Source: Hypanus sabinus (taxonomy: Eukaryota). From it: a stretch of 64,000 nucleotides of DNA. Under the pieces are notes generated by a model, which worked only from the letters and a program-made list of their open reading frames with translations, did not search any database and was not told the DNA's origin. The position numbers and the translations under genes were made by a program. The stretch covers positions 127,534,001-127,598,000 of the forward strand of contig NC_082709.1 in assembly GCF_030144855.1 (NCBI RefSeq), in the 5' to 3' direction. This document shows, piece by piece, positions 26,060-38,192 of the stretch (position 1 is its first letter; every line of letters starts with the position of its first letter).

Positions 26060-26580
26060 CACGATATGAAAGAAAACCATTCAGCCATTGAGTCTATGCT
26101 AGCTCTCAGAGCAATTCCATCATTTCCCTTTTTCCATGCATTTCTCTGTGCCTATGCCCATTAATGCTCATTTAATTCTTTTATTGCACTTACAGTGGTC
26201 AATTAACCTATTGATCAACATATCTTTGGGAGCAACACACAAAATACAGGAGGAATTTAGCAGGTTGTACAGCATCTATGAAGGAAAATGGAGAGTTGAC
26301 ATTTTGGATTGAAACCCTTCACCTGGACTGGAGAACCTGAAGCATCCACACACAGTCACAGGACAAGCTCCATACAGAGAGCATGGGAGGTCAGGATTAA
26401 ACTTGGGTTACTGGAGCAACTCACACAAAATGCTGGAGAAACTCAGCAGATCAGGCAGCATCTATGGAAAAGTCAGCATTTTGGGCTGAGACCCTTCAGC
26501 AGGACTGAAGAAAAAATTCTGATTTTCTCTTGTTTGTGACCAGACTACTGGAGCTGCAGTTCTGTTGTGTCACCCCCTGA
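26060..26580 (-). mobile_element. V-SINE remnant interrupted by two Penelope terminal-repeat fragments (~26232-26330, ~26415-26507)
   Basis: SINE pieces (aattaacctattg..., gagaacctgaagcatccacacacagtcacagg...) interleaved with 'cacacaaaatgctggagaaactcagcag...catctatggaa...cccttca' units. Confidence 0.6.
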
Positions 26581-26780
26581 AGCATAACTCTGTTCGACTT
26601 CATTCACATAACCTATCTGTTGCTTTAGTTGTAATGTCCACCGTAAAGCTTTTGCCAAGTCTAAGTCCATCTTTATACCAAGTCCATATTTCATCATCTG
26701 CAGCACAACCTAGAAAACAAGGACACTTATGCCAGAATGCTGTTTCTGGATTTCAGTGCAGTGTTCAACATTTTTATCCC

Positions 26781-29700
26781 TGTTATGTTTTGTAACTTCA
26801 AAGCATTAAACTAATTCAAAGCAAGATATGTAAGTCTGAAATCTGTGTCTAACTTCATGTTTTACTTTAAGTGAGGCATACACATCTCACGTGGTGGTGT
26901 GATGACATATACAATTAACAAATTTATACGTATAATCCATAATGATTTATTTAAAACAAGAATGCTTAATCAAACAATGTATACTAGGTTACTCAAATAT
27001 TATCTAGTCTGGTGGAAGAAGGCAGCATACATGAGGTTTAGGAAGCAAGGATCAGATGGGTCTATTGAGGAATATAGGGTAGCAAGAAAGGAGCTTAAGA
27101 AGGAGCTGAGAAGAGCAAGAAGGGGGGCATGAGAAGGACTTGGCGAGTAGGGTAAAGGAAAACCCCAAGGCATTCTTCAATTATGTGAAGAACAAAAGGA
27201 TGACAGGAGTGAAGGTATGACCGATTAGAGATAAAAGTGGGAAGATGTGCCAGGAGGCTGTGGAAGTGAGCGAGGTCCTCAATGAATACTTCTCTTCGGT
27301 ATTCACCAATGAAAGGGAACTTGATGACGTTGAGGACAATATGAGTGAGGTTGATGTTCTGGAGCATGTTGATATTAAGGGAGAGGAGGTGTTGGAGTTT
27401 TTAAAATACATTAGGCCAGATAAGTACCTGGGCCTGACGGAATATTCCCCAGGCTGCTCCACGAGGCAAGGGACGAGATTGCTGAGTCTCTGGCTAGGAT
27501 CTTTATGTCCCTGTTGTCCATGGGAATGGTACTGGAGGATTGGAGGGAGGTGAATGTTGTCCCCTTGTTCAAAAAAAGTAGTAGGGATAGTCCAGGTAAT
27601 TATAGACCAGTGAGCCTTACGTCTGTGGTGGGAAAACTGTTGGAAAAGATTCTTACAGATAGGATCTATGGGCATTTAGAGAATCAGGGACAGTCAGCAT
27701 AGCTTTGTGAAGGGCAGATCATGTCTAACAAGCCTAATAGAGTTCTTTGAGGAGGTGACCAAGCATATAGATGAGGGTAGCGTAGTGGATGTGATCTACA
27801 TGGATTTTAGTAAGGCATTTGACAAGGTTCCACATGGTAGGCTTATTCAGAAAGTCAGAAGGCATGGGATCCAGGGAAGTTTGGCCAGGTGGATTCAGAA
27901 TTGGCTTGCCTGCAGAAGGCAGAGGGTTGTGGTGGAGGGAGTATATTCAGATTGGAGGGTGGTGACTAGTGGTGTCCCACAAGGATCTGTTCTGGGACCT
28001 CTACTTTTTGTGATTTTTATTAACAACCTGGATGTGGGGGTAGAAGGGTGGGTTGGCAAGTTTGTGGATGACTCAAAGGTTGGTGGTGTTGCAGATAGTG
28101 TAGAGGATTGTCAAAGATTGCAGAGAGACATTAATAGGATGCAGAAGTGGGCTGAGAAGTGGCAGATGGAGTTCAACCTGGAGAAGTGTGAGGTAGTACA
28201 CTTTGGAAGGACAAACTCCAAGGCAGAGTACAAAGTAAATAGCAGGATACTTGATAGTGTGGAGGAGCAGAGGGATCTGGGGGTACATGTCCACAGATCC
28301 CTGAAAGTTGCCTCACAGGTAGATAGGGTAGTTAAGAAAGCTTATGGGGTGTTAGCTTTCATAAGTCGAGGGATAGAGTTTAAGAGACGAAGAGACGCGA
28401 TGTAATGATGTAAACTCTGGTTAGGGCACACTTGGAGTACTGCGTCCTTTTCTGGTCACCTCACTATAGGAAGGATGTGGAAGCATTGGAAAGGGTACAG
28501 AGGAGATTTTCCATGATGCTGCCTGGTTTAGACAGTATGGTTTATGATCAGAGATTAAAGGAGCTAGGGCTTTACTCTTTGGAGAAAAGGAGGATGAGAG
28601 GAGACATGATAGAGGTGTACAAGATATTAAGAGGAATAGACAGAGTGGACAGCCAGCGCCTCTTCCCCAGGGCACCACTGCTCAGTTCAAGAGGATGTGG
28701 CTTTAAGGTAAGGGGAGGGAAGTTCAAGGGGAACATTAGAGGAAGGTTTTTCACTTAGAGAGTGGTTGGTGCGTGGAATGCACTGCCTGGGTCAGTGGTG
28801 GAGGCAGATACACTAGTGAAGTTTAAGAGACTACTAGACAGGTATATGGAGGAATTTAAGGTAGGGGGTTATATGGGAGGCAGGGTTTGAGGGTCAGCAT
28901 AACATTGTGGGCCAAAGGGCCTGTAATGTGCTGTACTACTATTCTATAATTACTGATATATTAAATACACACTTCTCCTTACCTAGCTATAAACTCCAAC
29001 TCAATAGTGAATGCATCTCAACTAAATACACAGTATACTGTATATTACAACTACTAAATACAGACATCCAGAATATAGTAAATTTAAATTGGCCCTTCAG
29101 GCCTAAAGATTTAATTGCTGTGTAGGCTTTCTTACTCTCGTGAGATAAAGACTTTCCTGACAAGGGGGATCACTCTACTTGACAGGTGCGACTTGTGGCT
29201 GTGAAAGCAATCTGATGATCTGGGGCCTCTTCCTTGGTGGTTATAGGAGCTGACTCTGAGACTGCAGGAAGTAGTTGTGACAGTTGTAGCCACCTTTCTT
29301 CTTCTAGTTTGTGTATCTTCTAGTTTTGGAAGGTGCATTTAACTTACTGGAGTATTTTCTTATTAATCCCTCTGTTGCTCTGTTTATGATCTGATCTCTC
29401 CTCTTGATTTCCTCATTCACAACACCAGCTGATGAATTCTCTGTTTTTGTGTTTCATTTGACTCCTTTCTTTTTGGCCTTCAATTCATCCAGCTGGTCTT
29501 TGGTCTTTGCATCTACTTTTACAAGCAGCTTTTTGTCTCTCACTTGAAGTTCATGCAATTATTTTAATACATGCAGAGCAGATTCTGGCTCTTTCTACTT
29601 ACAAAAGCCAATGCTTGCAGCTTTCCTGAAGTTCCTTGAAATCTCCTCCATTTTAAAATCAGGCCTCATTTCACAAGTAACTGCCTGACTAGCATATTAG

Positions 29701-31515
29701 GATCTTTCTCAGATACATCGCTTACAAAAGCTGTTTTAGTTGGTCCACTGCTTTTGTCACTTTCACAATTTCTCTGAGCAGCATGGTCCTTCATTAGTCC
29801 AATATGTTTTCCAACCAGAGGCTTAGAAGTTGGCACCAACACCTGTTTGCCCTCTTTTGAGCAATGGTTCATGATATTCAGCACGGAGACAGTTCTGGCA
29901 TTATCCAGTAGTACTTTTCTTAAATTGCTTTCAATTGACTTTATTGTTCAGGATGTGGCATGCAAATTGTGGAAGAATCTCCAATCAAGTTGTAGTTGTC
30001 TCAGCCTCTTGCGTCCCCACAATGCTGGTCCTCCAGTTTTTTTTTACCAAATATAAGCTCAATATTGTTTGTTGTTGTATTGCACTGCCATTCCAACAGA
30101 ATTATCTTTTCTCCAGTAGTTCTCGGTTAGATATCTGCATTCTTCAGATCAGTATCTTTGAAATGCCATTCAAACTCATTTTGTGGAATGACTGAAATAG
30201 CTGAACCAGCGTGCAATTCCATTTTAATTAATTTGCCGTTCACTTCTTGAATAAGCCATATTGCTTGTCTATTATTGGTTTTCATATTGAAAATCTCAAG
30301 GGTACCAGTCTGCATCACTCTCATCATTATAAGATTTTTCATCAACGGCTGCAGATTAGTTCTCTTTTTGAAATTGCAACTTGCCTTTTTATTTTTTTCT
30401 TGTCCCTGTGCAGTTCATTTACTTCTGTCTGTCCAAATGCTTTTTGGTGTATTTTCTGCAAGTTTAGCCTTTAAATCTGTATTGGTCTATTGTATGTGTG
30501 CCCCTGCCACAACAATAACCCATTTTCTTTGTCCAAGCTGGTTTCTGTCTAGACCTGCAATTTTGTTCACGCTGACTTTTATTCTTGACTGCAACTCACT
30601 TGCATCTCTGTCTGCTGTTTCCATTGATACAGCAATTTCAGCTACTCTTAAATGTAAGCTGTGCTTCAGTTAGGAGCTGTTTTTGAATGCTTTCTTGTAA
30701 GATTCCATAAAATAAACAATTTGGGAGTGCATCATTAATCCCATTACCAAACTGACAATGCTTAGACAACTTCTTCAATTCAGCAATGTACACTAAAATG
30801 GACTCCCCTTCCTTTTGATCCTGCTTCTGTAATCAACAATGGCTTCTAGATGTTCCTACATTACTTTGAATATTTCAGCAAAGCATATTTCTGCTCCTTT
30901 GGTTGGAGCAGTCAAATTTTGAAGCAAAATTGGTACTCATTTCTCATTGGCTAGTTAATTTGCTTCAAAATACTGTTCAATTAGCTTACTATTCATGAAC
31001 CAGCTATCTCTTGTGGAATCAAATGTACAAATCATTTTGATGTAGCTAACTATTTCTGCTCTTTATGGTTATTATCACCCAGTATTCACTCTTTTTATGA
31101 ACCTATGAATTCCTCTCTTTACTGCTTTTTTTTTAACTTGACTGTCTCTGCACATGCTGTGCTGTGCCGATCTTTCTCTTGTCATTTCTTGCTGCACCTT
31201 TATTAGTTCGAATGTCTTGCTGTGCTTCAACAGTTGTCTCAGGTTTGTTTTAAAAATACCTCATCACTACTGTTATGTTTTGTAACTTCAAAACATTAAA
31301 CTCATTCAAAGGAAGACATGGGAGTCCAAAATGTGAGTCCACCTCCATGTTTTACTCTAAGCTAGGAGTGCACATATCACGTGGTAGCATGAAATCATTT
31401 GTAATTCATGAATTTATGCATATAACCCATAATGAATTACTTAAACAAGAATGCTTAATCAAACAATATGTATACAAGAATACTCAAATATTACTGAAAT
31501 ATTAAATACACAACA
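26781..31515 (-). mobile_element. Gypsy/Ty3 LTR retrotransposon, decayed, gag-protease only
   Basis: LTRs 31271-31515 and 26781-~28971 (the latter split by a CR1), both starting tgttatgttttgtaacttcaaa. TSD ATCCC/GTCCC. Decayed PBS (GTAGTGATGAGG) and PPT (GCTAGGTAAGGAGAA). Gag remnant AEIAVSMETADRDASELQ; protease remnant IKMELHAGSAISVIP. Confidence 0.85.
27003..28948 (+). mobile_element. 5'-truncated, relatively young CR1 LINE inserted in the Gypsy LTR
   Basis: RT motifs [37 protein letters not shown], with stops and frameshifts; possible TSD ATTA (26999-27002, 28949-28952). Confidence 0.93.
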
Positions 31516-34500
31516 GTCCCACAGACCTTGGTGAGCAAACTCCTATTCCTCGTTCTGAGTAGAGTACCGTGCAACTTGGCATTGGACTTCCTAACCTCAG
31601 AAAGGCAGAGTGGTCAACAACACATCCCTCCCCATCATCCTGAACACGGGTGCCCCCCCCCCCAGGACAACGTTCTGAGTTTACCGCTGTGCATTCTGTT
31701 CACATGACTGCATGGCCAAACACCTGAGTAATTAAATTGTCAAGTTTGCCAGTGACGCAATGGTAGTAGGGCTCGTTATCAACTATGATAAGATAGCCTA
31801 CAGAGATGAGTTGGATGAGCTCAAGGCCAGATGCCAAGAAAATAACTTCTTCCTTAGTGTCATTAAGACAAAAGAGATGGTTATTGACATGAGGAGAACT
31901 CGCAACACTCACTCCCCTCCCCCCCCCCCCCCCCCCGAAGGTCTTGGCATCCAGGACCTTCAGGCTCTAAAACAGTTATTTTTCCCAAGCAGATCAACAC
32001 CTCCATCCACTAACCCACCCCAGCACAACCCCCACCACCACAACATAACATTTCCTATCAGTACAGGCATTCCTATGCCAAGCATCACTTTATGGACATA
32101 CAATAAATCTATGTATATAAGCTATCTTGAATCTTGAACCTCCTGTTACATAGAGATAGATCACAATAAGCTTTTCCTCAGTAATGAGCATCCATAATGA
32201 ACTATGGACAAGCAGCAGCAGCAACAGAAAAAACATTCCACTGCCATCTCTAACCTCAATGAGATACCAACTAGTAAAACAGTAATTTGGGATTATGTGC
32301 ATACTAGGTGCAATAACAAAGCTAATGATTCCCACACCAACAGATTAGATCAGCATTTTTTTCACTTTTACCACATTTGATTGTGAATAGCAGTTGCCAG
32401 AACTAACAAGAGGAGGTGGCTCCTTGAACATATCTATCAACCTCATATTGTTAAGGCTGAAGCATATGAAGCCATGGCTGGGAATAACGGAATAATGCAA
32501 AGATTGTGGGACCAGATAACAGCCTGGCTGTGGCACAGAAGATGTTCTCTCTAGAACTAGCTGTAGCTCTAGCCAGGATGTACCAGTACATTTAAAACAC
32601 CAACCTCCACCTAAAAAAAATGGGAAAATTGTTCAACTACATTATGTCCCAGATAAGTACAACAAATCCACCAGAGTCAATTACAGACTATTCAGAATTT
32701 AGCTTAAAGTACAACTGAACTAGAGAGGCAAAAGAAACTCAGGAAGAGATTGCAGAGCTTAGGAGGCTGGTCAATAAAGACATAGCTGACAAGTGTAGAG
32801 TAATAAACTGGAGGTGCACAAGAAGCAAGAAGCCAGAACAATCCAATACCTTGGCAGATTTTAAGCTTGAAAAATGTAACAGTGAGGATAAAGGGAAAAG
32901 TTCCATAACAAGAATGAGAATTTTAAAACCTTTGACCAGCAGCCAGTGTAAGATGCATTTAACTGATTGCGAAAAGGAGCTGTAGACTTTTTGAGGATCT
33001 TAAATTTATGAAGAATGGAAAGAAATCAAATGCTCATTTGAATAATTAGAAATAAAATGTAAACAAGAGAGCACCCGCTCATCTTGGATTGATTTGTTTG
33101 CTGAGAGGATTGAAGACATTTTACAGATAAATTTCTTTCTCTTACTGATCAACTATTTTTTCTGATTATGATTGCAGAAGTGCCTACGATTTGACAATGT
33201 GATGGTATTTGGTTCCCTGTTCAGAAAGCCCTAAACTCAAAAGAAAATTTTGAGCTCTATCAGATGCAGATATCTGCTGGTGCCCTCAAAATAGAGAAGT
33301 TATGTTGTATCCAGCTACTCTTCAAGGACGAGCTTCCTACTGTGTCTCGTCTCTGTGGTGGGTTCTAGCTGCTAATACCCACTGCTTGAGTGGTGGATCC
33401 CCCTCCCTACCAAGGAGGAGATACTGCTTCCAGATAATGAAGTTTTTTTTTTATATACAGTTTTTTTAATGATAGACATTTAAATGTAGACAAATATCTC
33501 TTAACACAGATTTAACACTCAGACGATTTCTGATTTATAAAAAGATTTCCAAATTACAAAAGATTTACAAACTACAAAGGTTTGCAAACACAAGTAAAAT
33601 TCTTATGAATTAGGAGAACATAGCAATGAGTTTCAGATGAACAAGTCGTCTGTCACAGAAAATGTAGTCTGCAGAATGAACTCTAGTTCTTCTTTCTGTA
33701 ACCTCATCTTTCTGTCGTTCTCCTTGTTATTCCTAACAATCCCCAATGCTTCAGATATTTACATTATTTTCTACTAGATGACATCATCTGCATGTAATGT
33801 TTTGCAGATACCTTTACTGGGACAAAGTAATTAACACGGATGATCTTAAAAGCTTCTTATGACAGAGATCCCAAACGTCCAAAATTGATGCAGTAAAGGC
33901 TAACCATCTGAGTACACAAACATCCTGACTTATAAGCATATTTGATGTGCAAAGTGACATGACCCCATTTGTCTCGCGTTTGGCTGACGCAGACAAGAAG
34001 TTGCCTTCTGTGGGCTAGCAGCCTGTGCCTTTAACTTCAAAGTGAATACTGCTTACAATTTACATCAAGAACTGGAAACTGGTTCAAATTTCCCACAAAA
34101 AGTTGAGCAAAGAATATTTGTTAAAAGTTTAACTGGATTCAACAATCTTGGAACCCTAACATGAGGTGACCTCATCTTTATACTCCTAGACTAACCTGCA
34201 ATAATTGTCTTAATTTGTGCCATGCCTAGTTGTTTAGTACAGAGTTCACCAACTATGTATGCTTGCAGCACTCTGAGGTGATTACTTGGTGGCCCCATAG
34301 ATTTAAGAACAGTTTATGGCTCCCTCAGAAATGGCGAAATGCCATTGCTCATACCTGTACCAAAGTCATTCACTTCACAAGAGGGATATTTATATACTTG
34401 GCAGAAAATTAAATTTTGAAGCATAACTCTTGCAATTTCTTCTGCCATAACTTCAAAATCATCGATATTTACTTGCATTCTAAACACCTTACTCTGTATT

Positions 34501-35069
34501 GACCTTCCCCTGTTCAAATGGAATCCTCAAGAGAGCATCAGCCATGGTGTTCTGTTTTCAAATAGATTATTCAATATTGTAATCACATTGGGAGAGTAAC
34601 GTACCCAATTTTTGTAACCCTCATTTACGGACATAGTTGATTTTGGTCTAAAAGTCTTGGTAGTTTTTCTTATTTCTAGTGTATGAAATGCATATGCCAT
34701 CAGTCATCTGCACCTTGCATCCATTGCTTTAAATTGATGTGACATTTGTGAAACCTCCAGAAGATTTATTCAAACACTGCCCGATGTGTCCCTTGGCTTC
34801 TGTGTCAACCAAAATGTCTTGATTGCAATATTAGTGTGAGATAGCAAATGTGTGGAGAAATCTTGACCTGCACCGTGGAGTCTACTAACATATACAGCAC
34901 TGTATTTTAACTTGCTTGTTTCATCAGGTTTCTTACTTTCAGTTGGAACCTAACTTAGGTAAGCACTCTTTAATACTTAATTTCTTCACCTCCCACTCCA
35001 GTTACACACACAATCTTCTCAGCACTCTAGATACCATCAATGTTCCCTAAGCTTGCAAATCTCACACAA

Positions 35070-35372
35070 CCCAGGGATAAAATGGCTAGCACACGAGGAC
35101 ACAGTTTTAAGGTGCTTGGAAGTAGATCCAAAGGAGATGTCAGGGGTAAGTTTTTTACTCAGAGAGGGGTGAGTGCGTGGAATGGTGCTGCCGGCGACGG
35201 TGGTGAAGGCGGATACTATAGGGTCTTTTAAGAGGCTCCTGGATAGATACATAGAGCTTAGAAAAATAGAGGGCTATGGGTAACCCCAGGTAATTTCTAA
35301 GGTAAGGACATGTTCAGCACAGCTTTGTGGGCCGAAGGACCTGTATTCTGCTGAAGGTTGTCTTTATTTCTA
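35070..35372 (+). mobile_element. CR1 3' fragment
   Basis: TRGHSFKV...DVRGKFFTQR and a 3' UTR similar to 150-478. Confidence 0.85.
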
Positions 35373-37477
35373 ACTAACCACCCCTCCTTCCAATTAGGCT
35401 GAATTTAGATCTACCACCCCCAACTAGTGATTGTCTGTCCACTCAAAATCAATAAAATACTCCAACTACCATTGGCACCTCCTTACTTGACCATTTCCAC
35501 TTCTTAACAGCTAAGTATATTCAGTTCAACTCTGCCCTGGTTGGGGTGGGGGGAGGAAGCCTTTCAATTACTGTGATATTGTCTGAATACGAAACCTCAG
35601 TGTGGCAGAATTATTTTACATTGTATGGAAAGTATTGACAATGCCCGTAAAGAATGTAGAATTATCGATGGGTTTATTCTGGTAAATAATTTTATTGTGA
35701 ATAAAGTTTATTTTGCTAATTAAAAAAAAAACCCCTGCCCTCTCTAGCAGCTGGGTGTAAAACTAACAACCAACTCCTGAACTCTCATATTTTCAGTTCT
35801 TAGAAATTAACCTTTGATCAACTTATCTTACTTGTATTTTCCAAACTTTATACTTAGTGAATTGTGCAACTGAGTTTCTCTCCTTTGTAACCCACTGCCC
35901 CAGCGCTGCATCTCCCCTCTCAACGGAGGCATTAGATTTTCTTTGTGCATTCTGTACTTGTCCTAAATACTGCATACAAATTTATAGCACTGAAGCACTT
36001 GTGCCTTTTGTGCTCCTGAATATCCTTACAATAGGCCCGTGATCAAAACATTAGTTGGTTTGCCATGCAGGGAATGATTACAGGCTTTTGGAGGCTCCAA
36101 CCAATTTTCGGTCATGCAGTCTTTTACTGTTCACGATACTCAGCATGAAAGCACAATAATCCAGTTTCTTTTCATCTAAATCTAGCACATGAGATGAATA
36201 CAGTAAACTGGATTAAATATTTCTGACATTCAGAGCTACTGCGATTCGACCATGATAATGCCATTCCATTAAGAATCTTAATATTACTGTATTTGATACT
36301 ATCTGGCTAAGATTAATACCTCTTTTGCTTTATTAAAACCAAATACTATCGAGCTTCAGATTATAATTTAGAATGCACATCTTACAAAGGAAGGCTGAAT
36401 AATTGGTGCTAAAATGGCAGTGTAATATGTTCTATTTTTAACTTGTCAAATATGGCATCACCTTTGTACAAGAGAATCTGAAGTTTTTGGATTAATCAAA
36501 CCAAAGCTGCTAAAATACTGACTGCCAGCATATATGCGCTGCAGATGTGCCATAGATTGACAGAATTAAATTGTTAACAGTTAGGAGAAAATCTGTCTAT
36601 GTTGAGAGTTGGAGTAGAGAAATCTGGCAGATCTCAGAAGACCCTTATTATAAAACAAGGTATAACTTTTGGCAAGGTAGAATCATTACAATTAAAGAAG
36701 TTTAGAACAATAAATCCATCAAAATATTGCTGATAATGTTGGTAAGTGTGAGGTGCCACATTTTGGTAGGAATAATCCAAATAGGACATACATCGTAAAT
36801 GGTAGGGCATTGAAGAATGCAATAGAACAGAGTGATCTAGGAATAATGGTGCATAGTTCCCTGAAGGTGGAATCTCATGTGGATAGGGTGGTGAAGGAAG
36901 CTTTTGGTATGCTGGCCTTTATAAATCAGAGCATTGTATTGGAGTTGGGATGTAATGTTAAAATTGTACAAGGCATTAGTAAGGCCGAATTTGGAGTATT
37001 GTGTTCAGTTCTGGTCACTGAATTATAGGAAAGATATCAACAAAAGAGAGTACAGAGAAGATTTACTAGAATGTTACCTGGATTTCAGCACCTAAGTTAC
37101 AGGGAAAGGCTGAACAAGTTAGGTCTTTATTCTTTGGAGCGTAGAAGGTTGAGGGGGGACTTGATAGAGGTATTTAAAATAATGAGGGGGATAGATTGAG
37201 TTGACGTGAATAGGCTTTTTCCATTGAGAGTAGGGGCGATTCAAACAAGAGGACATAATTTGAGAGTTGGGGACAAAAGTTTAAGGGTAACACGAGGGGG
37301 AATTTCTCTACTCAGAGTGTGGTAGTTGTGTGGAATGAACTTCCAGTAGAAGCGGTAGAGATAGGTTTGGTATTGTCATTTAAAGTAAAATTGGATAGGT
37401 AAGGAATGGAGGGTTATGGACTGAGTGTGGGCCAGTGGGACTAGGTGAGTGTAAGCGTCGGCATGGACTAGAAGGGT

Positions 37478-38154
37478 TGTGCTGCCTTTATGGCAGTTAT
37501 TTAGTTTATAATATTTTCACTTAGTAGTTCATTTGTTAGCATTCTAGTTAAAGTTAGGATTGTTTAAAGTTGTCTGCGAGAGATCGCGGCATGCGATGAC
37601 GTCACATCCGGTTTCGCCGCGTCCTGTGGGAAAATACCGGTTTGGGAAAAACTGAAAGGTGGGGGGAAGATACATATGCGAACAAGCAGCAGCAGCAACA
37701 TTTTCTCTCTGCGCACCAGAAACGTTGTGAAAGCAACGCTGTGAGTTATGAGATAATCGATATGTTGAATTAAAATATTAATGCCGATCCTGTTAAAAGT
37801 AACGACGGTCAATAATGTTTATGTTTTCGTTAGTTAAAGAGTTGCAGATAGTTTGCGTTGAAGTGTATTTAAAGCAGTCAATGGCGTAGGTAGATTCTGA
37901 CTGTATGTTGCACTTTAATGTAATATAGTTGTTGTAGTTTTACTTCTGCAAGTATTTATGATGTAATTGTAATATCAAGAAGGAAACAAATGCTGTACAA
38001 ATTTTGTATTGTTTTGTCAATAGTTTTCACCATACGTCAATGTGGAAGAGTGAACAGTAAATGGTTAATCTTACTGTGATCCTGTCGTTATTGACAAAGG
38101 TTTATCTCAGTGTTTAGTTCCGCATTATCTTACACACCAAGCGAGAACACTACA
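37478..38154 (+). repeat. 5' LTR of young BEL element
   Basis: TGTGCTGCC...ACTACA; about 22 substitutions versus the 3' LTR by eye (~97% identity), no length difference. Confidence 0.95.
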
Positions 38155-38192
38155 GTGAAAAAGCGGCATTATCAGGTGTTTCAAGTGCTGCA

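Larger units (their letters stand above)
26715..32130 (+). mobile_element. Rex/Babar LINE split by the Gypsy insertion (pieces 26715-26780 and 31521-32130)
   Basis: Joining the flanks restores ARMLFLDFSAVFNIFIP|QTLVSKL; downstream KTKEMVIDMRR. Confidence 0.8.

Noticed and set aside
31915-31937. Poly-C tracts (also ~19369-19382, ~22814-22828) as functional G-quadruplex or polyproline coding
   Set aside because: They sit inside decayed LINEs and look like homopolymer slippage.
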